64,000 nucleotides of DNA from Blasia pusilla (taxonomy: Eukaryota): assembly GCA_050084515.1 (NCBI GenBank), contig CM114271.1, positions 15,004,001 to 15,068,000 of the forward strand, written 5' to 3'. The position numbers and the translations under genes were made by a program. How positions within the stretch are numbered: position 1 is the stretch's first letter; every line of letters starts with the position of its first letter. The notes beneath the pieces are model-generated. The model was not told where the DNA came from. It searched no databases and saw only the letters and a program-made list of their open reading frames with translations. This document shows positions 50,241 through 62,966 of the stretch, one piece after another.

Positions 50241-51119
50241 TCAAGAGTCAGAGAACAAAACTTCCGTTTCTAGATTTCGTGATGGGGAGATGATATCATG
50301 TGCTGCTGCCGATTCGGAAAGTGGGCCCAGAGTAGACCGCACTGACTGTGCGGTCGATGGTACGGTACAGCAGTAGTAATCACGATTGCGATTCTGCGCA
50401 TTGACTTGAAGTTCGTCGCCCATCTTTGCGAGAGCTTATGTGGCCTCGTCTCATCTCCCATCGGCCCACAGTTCTCGCCACAAAGCTCGGGCTACTTTCT
50501 CTTTCTCACCTGCCAGCACTTTTACCAATCTCACCCAAAGCCTGCGGATCTACTCTCTCTTTGTTTTCAGATCTCTCCGTCTCGTCCTCCTCGTCCTCCT
50601 TCTGCTTCTGCGTCTTCATCTGCTTCTCCTGGTGTTCAGAGTGCGGTGATCGGAGGATTCACAGGAGGGGGAGCAGTGCGAGCACAGGAGATCCTCGGAT
50701 TCCTGTTAGCCATGACTCCGAGGATTTGAGCTGTGGAATGCGAATGTACGTGCGCTAGGGTTAGGTTTGGAACGTTGGCGTAGTCGCAGATCGGTGGTAG
50801 AGAGCAGAGCAGCTGAGACGCCCCCCGAGTGCAGAGGGCGAATGCTTCATTTTTCCGGGTATTGCGTGGAGGTGAAGCTCACGACATCGATGCCCGGTGA
50901 GAGCTGGAGCTAAATGACAGCTCCCGAAACAGGAATTTCGCCCGTACAGGTTTTAGATGTTGCAGAATTGCAATCGCTGGCTGGAGGGATTCTAGCGTCC
51001 GGATGTGAGAGTTCCGAAGTGCGAGGCTAGAGATTCTCAGGGCGCACAATCACACGCGCGCCTGGATCAGGAGAGCAACCATCAGCTACTACAAGGGCGT
51101 AGTCGGAGATTCGCCGAGC

Positions 51120-52697
51120 ATGCTGAACGCAGAGAAATCGCTCCTGCCGGCGCAGCTCATAGAGCTACAAGCTATTCATGAGGAGGGTCTGCGCACCTTC
51201 TCTCCCGATCCCCAATCGCATCCAGCGGGAAAATCTTCGGACAGATCAGGACTTCTTCCCGCTGGAGGAGCGAGGTCGGACAGCTTTCTTCCGGATGTAG
51301 CTCCTGTGGGCGATGGTTTATTCCCCGGCAAAGTCTCACCATCCCCGCGACCCTCCAACAAGGGGCCCGTCGATGTGCTACCCCTGTTGGCCAGACATGG
51401 CAGTCTGTCAAGCGGAGAGGAGGAGGGTACTCCGAGGACGCTGGACAAACAAGCCCAGCATTCTGGAGCAAGCCTGCGCAGTGCGGTTTTCAATCTGTCC
51501 ACCACAATCATCGGGGCCGGAATCATGGCGCTGCCTGCCGCCATGAGGGTTTTAGGCGTGCTGCTGGGGTTAATAATAATTCTCGTCATGGGCTTCTTGT
51601 CCACGATCAGCCTGGAGATGGTGGTTCGGTACTGCAATCAGATGAAAGCGTGGGCGTATGCAGACATGGTGCACGGATCTTGGGGTAGGACGGGGCGTTT
51701 CATAGCGCAGCTGTGCATCATCATAAACAATGGCGGGATTCTCATCGTTTACTTGATCATCATGGGAGACGTAATGTCGGGCTCCAAGGATCACAAAGGT
51801 CTGTTCGAAGAATGGTCGCGGGGATCGGGATGGTGGACGAACCGGAAGTTCGTGCTGGCGATCACTCTTCTCTTCGTCCTGGGTCCGCTGACCAGCCTGA
51901 AGAGAATCGATTCATTGGAGATTTCTTCCGCCGCATCTGTGGTCCTGGCGCTGCTGTTCGTGGTCCTGTCCTGCGGAATTGCCTTCGTGAAGCTCGTGGA
52001 GGGGAAATTGGCCACACCCCGCATGCTCCCGGCCTTCAGGTCCAAGAAGGAGCTCTTGGATCTCCTCACGGTGATCCCCATCATGACCAACGCCTTCGTC
52101 TGCCAATTCAACATCCCCCCCATCTTCTACGAGCTGCGTGAAAGGACCGAGGCGAGGATGATCAAAGTGGGCCGCGTTTCGCTCATTCTGTGCGTGGCGG
52201 TGTACGCAGCGACCGCTCTCTCGGGCTACCTCCTCTTCGGGGATGCCACAGACGCCGACGTGCTGTCCAACTTCGACAGAGATCTGGGCATTTCCCACAG
52301 CCAGTTCTGGGACGACGTGATCCGCGTGGGCTATGTGGTCCATCTCTTCTTCGTGTTCCCAGTCATCCACTTCTCGTTCAGGGAAACCGTCGACTCCCTC
52401 CTCTTCCCCGGAGCGCGGCCCCTGCGGGACACCAATTTCAGGTTCACGGCTCTCAATTTCGTGCTTCTCAACATCATCTACATCGGCTCCGCATTGATCC
52501 CCAACATATGGGTCGCCTTCCGGTTCACGGGGGCCACCACGGGACTGGCACTGGGCTTCATGTTCCCGGCTCTGGTGGCAATCAAGTCCAGAGGCGGAAG
52601 CGTTTCGGAGCAGAAAATCGCGTGGGGCATTCTGCTCATGGCGGTTGTTGTGAGTGTGGTGGGTGTCAGCACCCAGATCTATTCTGCCGCCACTTAG
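51120..52697 (+). CDS. AVT6: Amino acid transporter, AAAP/Aa_trans family, AVT6-like (525 aa, intronless CDS)
   Basis: GASLRSAVFNLSTTIIGAGIMALPA; IIINNGGILIVYLIIMGDV; PLTSLKRIDSL; FRFTGATT. Many hydrophobic helices follow a hydrophilic N-terminus, and codon usage is strongly GC3. Confidence 0.92.
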   Translation: MLNAEKSLLPAQLIELQAIHEEGLRTFSPDPQSHPAGKSSDRSGLLPAGGARSDSFLPDVAPVGDGLFPGKVSPSPRPSNKGPVDVLPLLARHGSLSSGEEEGTPRTLDKQAQHSGASLRSAVFNLSTTIIGAGIMALPAAMRVLGVLLGLIIILVMGFLSTISLEMVVRYCNQMKAWAYADMVHGSWGRTGRFIAQLCIIINNGGILIVYLIIMGDVMSGSKDHKGLFEEWSRGSGWWTNRKFVLAITLLFVLGPLTSLKRIDSLEISSAASVVLALLFVVLSCGIAFVKLVEGKLATPRMLPAFRSKKELLDLLTVIPIMTNAFVCQFNIPPIFYELRERTEARMIKVGRVSLILCVAVYAATALSGYLLFGDATDADVLSNFDRDLGISHSQFWDDVIRVGYVVHLFFVFPVIHFSFRETVDSLLFPGARPLRDTNFRFTALNFVLLNIIYIGSALIPNIWVAFRFTGATTGLALGFMFPALVAIKSRGGSVSEQKIAWGILLMAVVVSVVGVSTQIYSAAT

Positions 52698-52954
52698 AGA
52701 CGCCATTTCCAGGCGCTTCGCTTCATGTAAGTAGTCTCCCCACCGGCCATCACAGAACTGCTGCGGCTGTCCACGACCGATGTTCGTCGTAGCACCAAGA
52801 ATGGGGAGCGGTCGCAGATCTCTCGAATACTACTCTCTGTCTGCGTCATCTCAGTTCCCCAAATGTTTACACTTTGATTCAGCTTCGTCGGTGTAAGTCT
52901 GCCTTCATTTCATCTGGTGCTTTTCTCAGCACATGAAGACTACGAGCCCCATGT

Positions 52955-54340
52955 TCTCTCTCTCTCTCTCTCTCTCTCTCGTTGTTTGGTCAGCACTCAC
53001 ACTATATGAGAAGAGGGAGACACTCTCACGTAGTGTGGTACCTTCTTCACTTGCTTCTCTCTCTACACCCATCCCAGTCTCATGCACCGTCCAACCAGGG
53101 CGCGGGGTCTATGGTCGCAAGGCTACGAGAGGCACTACTTAATGAGTACAGTCTCTCCCTCTCTGTAGGACTGTGTGAAAGCTAGAGAGCATCACATAGA
53201 ACAGGGGATCTCGTAGGACCTCTTTGGTTGTGCTCAAATTGTTGGACACTTTTAAGTCACAGTCCATTAGCCCTGTTGGGTCCCTGAGGACAATAAAAAA
53301 ACACTTTCTCTCTCCCTCTCTCCTCTCTCCTCTCCCTGGTTTGGTCAGCACTCACACTATATGAGAGTGCCTCCCTCCTCTCATATGGTACCTCCCTCAC
53401 TTCTTCCTCTCTCTACACCCATCCCAGCCTCGAGCACCGTCCAACTAGGTCGCGGGGTCTATGGTCGCAAGGCTACGACAGGCACTACTTAATGTGTACA
53501 GTCTCTCTCTCCCTGGGTGGTGCACGTCTTTCCAAACCATGCCTAGTGTGGTACGGGGTTGAAAGACTGGAACAAGCACTGATTTATGTGTACTCTCTCA
53601 CACATGCACTATATGAGAGTGTCTCCCTCCTCTCATGTGGCACCTCCTTCACTTCCCCCTCTCTCTACATCCATCCCAGTACGGAGCACCGTCCAACCGA
53701 GGCGCAGGGTCAGAGTAGACTTTCTCTTTCTCTCTCTCTCTCTCTCCCATCCCAGTCTCAAGCACCGTCCAACCAGGGCGCGGGGTCTATGTTGGCAAGG
53801 CTACGACAGGCAATACTTAATGAGTACACTCTCTGCTAGCATTCCCAGCAACGTCCAACCAGGGCATGGGATCTATGGTCGCAAGGCTATGACAGGCACT
53901 ACTTAATGAGTAGAGTCTCTGCTGGCACTCTGTTCAAGCAGGGAGCGGGACCTATGGTTGCAAGGATACTGCAGGCACTACTTTATGTGTACTGTGCCTC
54001 TGTCTGTGTGTGGTTGCAAGGCTATGACGTGCACTACTTAATGAGTGCAGTCTCTGTGTGTGGATGGTAAGCTCTTTCACTGTTCTCATATGGCATTTTT
54101 CTCACTTCTAACACCTTGTGCACCCATTCCAAACACAATTCAACCAGATCACGGGGTCCATAGTAGCTAGGCTACAACAGGGACTACTTGACAGCAAATG
54201 GTTGCAAGGTCACAACAGGCACTACTTAACGACACGGGGCATACGGTCACAAAGCCACAACAGGCACTCCTTAATGAGTGCATTCAGGAGTGCAGTCTCT
54301 CCTCACGTGACGACAGGATCTTCTACTTAATGGAGTACAC
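52955..54340. repeat. Degenerate tandem array, about nine copies of a ~70-bp core, partly nested in larger CT-rich units
   Basis: Core CACCGTCCAACCAGGGCGCGGGGTCTATGGTCGCAAGGCTACGACAGGCACTACTTAATGAGTACAGTCTCT at ~53085, 53435, 53763 and 53851. Partial copies at ~53940, 54010, 54140, 54197 and 54245. Confidence 0.88.
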
Positions 54341-55113
54341 TCTCGCACTCTCCAACCATAGTTATGCAATAATCTTTTCCCAGCAGTGAGAGTTAAGGCA
54401 AGGTGTAACTGGATCCCTCTCTTTCAGGCTGGTGCCTTATGCCACATGTGAAAGCAATGGAGTGAAGTAGGTTTACACACCACGAGGAATTGTACTTGAC
54501 CATATCATTCTCTACTGGTCCTTCAAATTGTGGGAACAACAACAACCCATCATTGTGTCCCTCTTGTAGTGTGACTCTAGAGCTATCAGTCGCACTTGGC
54601 CGCAAATTGGTTGAAGGCAAAAGTGTATACTTTTCATGCCACATGAATTCAGTACCAAACACACCTGACCTTGAGTGGACAGTTTGTCACCAGATTCTCC
54701 TCCATTGAGCTCTTGTGGGTTCGATTGCTATGCAGTTCAAGATTTACCCAAGGCCTCAAAGGATGATTGGCTGGAACTGTGAATCATGATCTCCCAGGGC
54801 GGACAGATTATGTGTGTTATCTTGAACAAGTGACGGTGGGGTCCTGATCATCAAACCCATCTAGATGCTTGGACAGGATTGTGTACCAGCAGACTGGCTG
54901 CTTAATTAAGTGATGTAGATGTGACGAAACCGTCTTCTATTTCTCTTCCTTTCCAAGATGCACTCTCTCGTCTGTTTAGCCACTCCTTACGAGTGGTAGG
55001 TGCTGTCATTTGTAAGTGGCTGTGCAGTTTCTTCTCATTCTCAATGATTCTGTCTTTTCGTGTACTTGGTGTCTCTAGTCTCCGCAAAGTGAAACCTTTG
55101 GAGACTAAAAATT

Positions 55114-55477
55114 GTGGGAATGTGATAGCAGGTTGGTCATCCAATGCTCTCATTGTCCCCAAGGCGCATGCTACATGCCTTGTACCTGTGGGAGATTTTC
55201 TACACATAACCTTTGTACTTTGGATTTGACCTCTCTGAGTGGAGTGAATCCATTTTACAACTTCCAACCTTTCGTGGCATGATGTGTCATAGCCACCAAA
55301 GTGTGGGAATGTGGTAACACGTCGGTCTTCCAATGCTCTCATTGTCCCCAAGGTGCATGCCACACGCCTTGTACCTGTGGGAGTTTTTCTCCACATAACC
55401 TTTGTACTTTGGATTGACCTCTACAAGTGGAGTGCATCCATTTTCCAACTTCCGACTTTTTGTGTCATAGCCACCAC
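55114..55477. repeat. Two-copy tandem duplication, period ~189 bp
   Basis: GTGGGAATGTG...CCAATGCTCTCATTGTCCCCAAGG...CCTTGTACCTGTGGGAG...CACATAACCTTTGTACTTTGGATT...TGTGTCATAGCCACCA starts at 55114 and 55303. Confidence 0.9.
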
Positions 55478-57414
55478 GGTTCTCAAACAATCTTCAAAAG
55501 GTCGATTCCGCAGCATGGGTAGATTTATTTAGATTCCAAATCTGTCTTTCCATGAACCTGAAGTTGTGGATGTTTCCATTAAGAGATGCTACTACATTAA
55601 CCCCTTCCATTTGACTTCTTGCACCATGTGGTCATGAAATCATGGAATTCAAGCCCAAGAGGGATGCATTTGGGACCAAGGGAAGAAGGAAATAATTATA
55701 CATAAAGTTCTAATGAGAACAAATGTACATATTTCTTCATTTGGAAAAGAAACCCTCAAGTGATGTTTGTTAATATTAACATTATTATTAAGATTGGAAG
55801 ACATAAACAACTGGAAATATTAACGTAGGATGTTAATAATGTCGTTGGAAGAAATAAGAATTTATTTCCTCAAAGTATTACCATTCTTGTTCCAATACTT
55901 ATATGGCTAACGTGGAGAAAAGTTCAAATCCAATTTTTGAAGGATCATCTAAAACTAAGATACTAGGCTTTGGAATATAGCCACTAATCAATATGAAGAT
56001 GGTTTGCGAGTAGTATGACATTCTTAGTAAGATCTACTAGGCTAAGCCCAAATGAAAAAAATAAAGAAATAAAACATAAAACAGCCTCTAAGTAGATTTC
56101 AAAGAAACTTGTAATCTCATTGTTCATTTCAATTTTTCAGGTTGAAAAAACGGAATTGAATTTTTAAAATAATTAGTAGTGGAGAAACCTTGGCCAAAGA
56201 AAATGTTTCCCACATTAATTTTTGTTAAATTTCTATCACTTAAACCAATGTGAGAACCTCTTTACAATAATGTCAAAAAAGTAGGAAAGTAAAATATCGA
56301 GAAGTCACAATTGCAATGGCTCCATGATGTTTAAGCATTAAAACAACTTCTTTGGTCATACCGGTTGGATTTCAAAGATTTTTGTGAGATTCACGTCATG
56401 TTGCAAATAGATATATCTAAATGTGATGAAGGCTCTTTACATGTTAGACTTAGCTCCATTTCTTATCATAAATTTTGGCTAGAATGGAAGATTTTGGGAT
56501 AGATACCATCATAGCCAATGTAGGGATATTAGGGGGTGTCATTTTACTAGCCATCCAGGGTTTTACGTTTCCCTGGAACTCTCTATCTGGGGACTCGTCG
56601 GATCCCAAACATGTAGCTCTTGAGCTTCCCGCTTTGGCGCTCCCGGGGAGTGTCTATCTTGACCGTTTTGATTTCTTCCCAAATAACCCCCATGGAATTA
56701 GAGTTGTCGTAGGTGACATGCATAGGTATATGGGATGCTGTAAAACTCCCGTCCCCTCCTCTTCCGGAAATAGCCCAAATGCCTTTCCAAGCCGGTAAAA
56801 TGGCACCCCCTATTATAAGAGTTCAAGCATATGGTAGAATAGATTATTTTAAAAAATAGTGAGTATTTCCGGGCAACTTACTATCCATGAAAGAATACGA
56901 ATCCCGGACAGACGGAAATCGCATCACCGGAAGGAGTTAGGGTTCAGTTGACCGGCGCAGAAGGTCATGAGCGGTAGGGCAGTAGAGAGACGAAATGGAG
57001 TGCACTGAAGCTCATGGGTATGGAAATCTGCAGGCGACTCCGTTTCTGAAATGGCCGTCGCGATGCTATGTTGTTCAGGACGGGCGCTCGGGGTAATTAG
57101 CAGTGGTTTGCAGGCGTGCGAATGGGGGAGAAGTGGCCAGGAATTCGCTGAGGTGTGTTATGGATTGTAGTTGCAAAAATTTAGCAAAAATTGCGGAAGT
57201 GTAGGTAAGTTCGCGTGGTTCTTCGTGTGGTTTTCTGCCTTCTTCGTGATGTAGGAGGCCTATGCGGTCCGCAAGGTGCAGGCGGTTCTCGAGGAATGGA
57301 GCCCGGACTTCTTCTTGCCTGTTCGATTAAGTGGAAGTAGGCCGGAGAAGACAGGAAAATTCAACGAAGTTGTAGGGTGGAAAGACTTGCAAAGCTTTCA
57401 AGAGGGGAGCGACA

Positions 57415-59475
57415 ATGTCTGTCGCAGCGGGCGTCAGTGATGCCGCCATAACGGTGCGGGAGAAGTTGAGGGGAAAGATTGGACAGACGAAAGTGAAGCG
57501 ATACTGGCCCGGGAAAGCGCCGGAATGGGCCGATGAAGTGGAGGAGGATGCAGACATCAAAGTTTCTCGTTCTGTTGCGTCACTGAAGGCCGATTTGGAG
57601 AAGGCCTTCCCTCTTAAGGAGGATTCGAATTTTCCTGCCAAAGATGATCCTCGTCTTCGGCGTCTGGCTGAGAGTCGCAGAGATAGGGAAGAGGCGGTGG
57701 CCAGACATAGGCAAATAAGACAGGCAGAAATTGTATCTACTAGAGAGGAGGAAAGAAGGGCCGCAGAGGCCGCTGAGTTAGAAGAGGAGGAAGATGATGA
57801 TGCAATTGAGGAGAGGAGGCGAAGAATTAAGGAGAAGCTGTTACAAAGGCAGAGAGAGGATGAAATTGCTATGGAGGACGAGGACGAGGAAGAAGAAGAG
57901 GAAGAAGAGGAATCAGAATATGAGACTGATTCAGAGGAGGAGTTTGGGGGAATTGCCATGGTGAAACCCGTGTTTGTACCAAAAGCTGAAAGAGAAACTA
58001 TTGCAGAAAGGGAGAAGCTGGAGGCTGAAGAGCGTGCATTCCAGGAGTCAATGAAGAAGAAGTTAGAAGAGAGGAAGGTGGAGACAAAGCAGATTATTGT
58101 CGAGGTAATTAAGCAGGAAGAAGAGGTTGAGAAAAACAGGGAAGCAGAAGGTGACGGAGGTGAAATTGACACTGATGACGAAACAAATGAAGCTGAAGAA
58201 TATGAAGCTTGGAAAGCAAGGGAAATTGCCCGGATCAAGAGGGACAGAGAAGACAGAGAGGCAATGGTCAAGGAGAAGGATGAAATTGAGAAGATCCGGA
58301 ATATGACTGAGGAGGAGAGGAGAGAATGGGAAAGGAAGAACCCGAAACCCCTTGTGCCGGCGAAGAAGAAGTGGAAGTTTATGCAGAAGTACTATCACAA
58401 GGGTGCCTTCTTCCAGTCTGGAACTGATGATAGAGTTGCTGACAGAGGCGATGAAATATTTAGGAGAGACTTCTCTGCGCCTACAGGGGAGGATAAAATG
58501 GACAAGACCATACTTCCCAAAGTCATGCAGGTCAAACATTTTGGGCGTAGTGGGCGCACAAAATGGACTCATCTTGTTGCCGAGGATACCACACAATGGG
58601 ATAATCCGTATGTTCTCTATCTCCTTTCAAGACTGGTTGCAAGTTTGAAATGTTGTTCTTGTGAAATTATCAGAATGTGAGTATGGGGAAAGGCTAAGAA
58701 AAGAAATGCCTGTGGCTATCAATGTTGTTCGGACAGTTGGTTTTCTTCAAGTAATTTGTAGTGCAACTGTCGCTTGCTGGAGTCAAAGTTGCAAGGCCGT
58801 ACTACACATGGCAGGTCAGGGGTTGCAGGATTAGCCTCTCCCTCTCCTCTCCTCTCCACTTGGTGAGGAAGAAAAAAAGTGAGGATAAAGTGTGACCAAC
58901 GTTATCATCAGTGGTTTCTCTGAGCACTCCCAATCAGGAGCGTCTACTTATTTGTTGCTGTGTTCCCCCTTCTCTTACATTAGTGACCACTCATTCATCT
59001 CATGTTTGACCAAACTGGAAGCTGCTCTTAATTTTCCATGGAACAGTCATTGCTTTAGTAAACAAGTGAACGCAGGGGGCTCACTTGCTTGAGTACGAAG
59101 ATTGGCACTTCTCAATCTGTCATGTATTATGGGTGTTGGGGTTTGTTCCTTCATGTATACTCCTATTGGTCCACCCAGGTTTTGCACGTTAGTTTAGTAT
59201 TCAGGCTGAAGATTTGCAGTGGTCTTGGACCCTGAGACCCTGTTGATTACATCACTTATTTGGTTTGCTTCATCAGTTTGCGCTTTTCATGAATAGACTA
59301 AAGGATTAATTCCATGCCATTTTGTCTTGATACTAACAGTGCATTTCTCCTGCATTTCAGATGGACCTACAATGATCCATTGAGAGCTAAGTACAACAGT
59401 AAAATGGCGGGCATGAACAGGCCAATCGCAAAGCCTCAAGGAAGCAAGAAACTGAAAGACTGGGAGGAGACTTAG
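57415..59475 (+). CDS. MFAP1: Microfibrillar-associated protein 1 (spliceosome B-complex factor); exons 57415-58607 and 59361-59475
   Basis: [19 protein letters not shown]; acidic tract; [75 protein letters not shown] intron gives [14 protein letters not shown]...KLKDWEET*. Confidence 0.96.
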
Positions 59476-60548
59476 GATGGTTCTTGAGCTGACGGGTCAT
59501 TGAAGAATCTGGTTGAGAGCCAAGTACAGCAGTAATACTGCTGGCACAAACAAACAAACCAATCATAAAGCCTGAACTAAGAAATCCAAAAGTTGGGAGT
59601 ATACTTAGGATGGTGTTTTGACCAGTTAGGTGTGTATCTAGGAATCTGAGTTCCACCTCATTGTACATGGAAAATCTCAGTCCCGTTCATACTTTCAGTC
59701 TCAATTTTGTAAGAGCTTTAGCTGACTTGTGACTTCTTGAAAAGAAGCTGTACATTTGTTCTCATTAGTCAGTGAAAATTGTTGGAGTGCCACTCAAAGA
59801 AGCAAATAGTTTTTCTAGGGTTTCTATGTGGCTCTGTCCGGCTGACCTGTTCTGCCAGATCTTGGCAAGCAAGTTCAGGTCTCAATTATTTGCATGAAAC
59901 TCCCCTTTTCCATGTGTACTTCCCCGGACAGGAGCTTGGTGATTGCCCCGCAGCAGAGACTCTATAGTCACCATGATGGCTGCTCCCTGCATTAAATGCA
60001 GATTATGGCCGTTTGTCAGAGAAAACATCACAATATATGCATATGATGGTTCAGCAGGGATGAGTGTGGACTTCACATCCTCGTCTTTGATACCTATTGT
60101 GACCTCACAAAGATTTCACTCCACTTCTGGTAGAGACCTCTGATTGCTGTCAGTTTCTATGGTAGCGAGGCCTGCAGTGATGGACCAAGTTCTAGTCTTG
60201 CACCACAAACCCATGTTCTGCACAACAAACACACTACAACACCTGAAAATTTGTGACATTCGCGTGAAGACACATCATACAAGTAGTATTGCAGGAATTC
60301 AGATTGCTCCCACCTGATCACCCTTGGAGACACCTATCTTTCCATGGAGGGATTTTTTCTAGGCGCCTAGTGGGCCCATGAAAATACCTTAAATCAGCTT
60401 GAACTTTACCATGACTTGATTGGTGAACCAACCTAGTAATGTCAGGCTATGGTGCAGAAACGTGTGCATGAAGACCTGATAGAATCGACACTATGGTGAA
60501 TAGCAGCGCCAGATGCACAAAAAGGTTTGAAACATTTATTTAGCCATG

Positions 60549-60650
60549 TCAACCAATTATAACCATAAGATTTTGATATGGTTCATTCATGTTTGATCAA
60601 CCAATTATAATCATAAGATTTTGATCTGGTCATTCATGTTTGATCAACCA
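60549..60650. repeat. Two-copy tandem duplication, period ~48 bp
   Basis: TCAACCAATTATAAYCATAAGATTTTGATMTGG(T)TCATTCATGTTTGA repeated. Confidence 0.85.
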
Positions 60651-62756
60651 AAAGTGGTCCGGGTAAGACTTGTTTCAAAATTAAATTGGTTTTTGTGTTG
60701 GCTTGTAGTCATTTTCTTTGGGCATTCATGTTTGGATTTCTGACCATGTCCTAACATGCATGTTTGGTTGAAGAAATTTGGCTCCGCTCAACGTAGAAGA
60801 ATCTCAAGCTTTCCCTTGATCATACCTAAACTCTTTCCTCATTCAAAAACCTTTCTTCATTGGGAGACTCCTCCTCCTTCATTGCGGTTCGGAATTGAGC
60901 TTTAGACAATAGAGTGCAGCTTTTAAATAATAAAGAATTCCTTGTAATTTTTTGGGGAGTAAATCTTGATTTATGGGAAACTTATAAGTATCAAGAGTTG
61001 CGAATGAATTGATTTGGATAGTATCATATCCACTTTTAAACTAGTCATAAAATATCTTGGTAGAATAACTACATTGAATTTCACATAGAATTTGACTACC
61101 ACTTGTTGAGGTAATACGCATAAATGACAAATATCCAAGTTATATATATAATATATGGCCAATCCAAAAAGGAGGAATATTAAATGTGATTGCACTAGCA
61201 ATGGGTTTGGGATAAGAAAGTACAAACAATGCAATAGTATAAAATATCAGTTGGGGAAGTAATGACCAACATAGGGCTTCGAATATGGGAAATCTAGTGT
61301 TGTATATGGAAGAATAGGAGATTATGGGCTAGCTTTACGCCGTGATTACGAATGATAATGCATGTGCTCTACTTGAAGTAGGCCATGCTAAAAAGCTTTT
61401 CATAGATAAGGAGTTTGTAAGCTTTAGCGTTATTGACAAGAGCTAAATGTAAGATTATGTTGAGAATACACATACATACTTGGCTACTTGTACCTTGAGG
61501 ATTTGTTGATATTTTTTTTTTTTTTTCAAATGGTACCAAAACTACATGCAGTTTGATAGCCTATAATCAAATTTAATGTATGGGGAAAACTGGAGAACTT
61601 TTGGTCTCAAACCAAACAAAATACTCAAGTTCCTATTGTTTATGGAAGTGTTCAAGTGGATCTCTTGACAGTTGGGATCACTATTGTGGGCCTGCTATGT
61701 TGAGGCCTAGAGTTGGTACACTATCCAAGGAGGATAGTGCAAACATTTTGGTAAATATCAAATTTGGAGACTTCCTCAAAATAAGACCAAGAGGAGATAT
61801 ATGTATATATATATATATATCAAATATGGAAGAAACAAGATCTAGGTGGAGTTGTAGCTTAAATAAAATTTCAAAATCTGATAGTAATGATCATTGAGTA
61901 TGTTCGAACAAGGAAACCTTACCGCAAAGAGAAGATGTTAAAATTTGGATGTAAAGAAATGGGAGAAGAATATTACTGAGAAATCAACGTTATGTCCATA
62001 AGAATCAGTGCTAGCTTCTTTCACTCATTTGACATGTGTGATGGAGAGTGGATTAATTAGTGTATGCACTCATTTGGCTAATATTATGAAGTCTATAATA
62101 AATTTTAGTTAGCCTAAAAGACTAAGTACAACACCATTTTTTCACACATTTGTAATTTTCTTAATCTTATTTAATGTAATATGATTATATTTTAACTCCC
62201 ATTACATATTTCAAATAATTACATTTAAGTAGATCACACGTTGCAAGGGATCCCATGTCAGCAATACAATACTTTCTAGATAGTAGACAATATATTTTGA
62301 TCAAACACACATTATATGGTAGAACATGAAGTGTACTCCATTAGAGACGTAATATGGGATAAAATTGACTTTGCTCCTAGCTAAATTTCCCTCTAATATG
62401 AGTTATCTACTCTCATGAGGCATAGTGAGGATCATGATCTTCTTACATTCATATGGTCCAGACATTAAAGAATTGAACATCAACCATGTTCAATTCTTTA
62501 AAGTCAAAGTTCCATATGAGAATATTCTTGTTTGTGCTAGGGTATGCCATAATTGGACATAAGAGCCAAGGTCTAATTATGACAAGTAGTTGTCTTTTAG
62601 TCACAAAGGCTACTTTCACCTCGGTCTTATATACATTATGCTCTCAAGAGTGAAACCTGGAACAAAGTTATCCATCATTGGTTTGTTAGTTCTAGTGGAT
62701 AGGAAACATTACAGATTTTAGATTGCCTTGCATACTTGTGACGAATATTAAGTACA

Positions 62757-62966
62757 TCTACACTATTACGGGAGAATGCCTTTTTGATTTACAAACACCT
62801 CCCTGGTTGACACATGACAACTGAGCAAGCAAGAATAAAATATTTCACATAATACGGATAACAAAAACAAATTGTGTGAAGCACTATTAATCCCTTCCTT
62901 TCATGAGCTATACTCTAGAAAAACTCTTGAAACAATTTTTTTATTTCAAGTGCATAGCATGGGCAC
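62757..62966 (+). mobile_element. Non-autonomous Helitron-like dispersed repeat, copy C
   Basis: A|TCTACACTATTA start. Homologous blocks to 18481-18674. 3' motif GTGCATAGCATGGGCA is also seen at ~18009. Confidence 0.55.

Noticed and set aside
51912-52706. 264-aa minus-strand ORF and other overlapping ORFs in 51172-52792
   Set aside because: Shadow ORFs of the GC3-rich AVT6 coding sequence; no recognisable motifs.
52955-54340. CRISPR-like repeat array
   Set aside because: Eukaryotic context, variable repeat length, homologous intervening sequence and no cas genes.
57327-58271. 314-aa Ser-rich minus-strand ORF
   Set aside because: Antisense of the GAG/GAA-rich MFAP1 exon.
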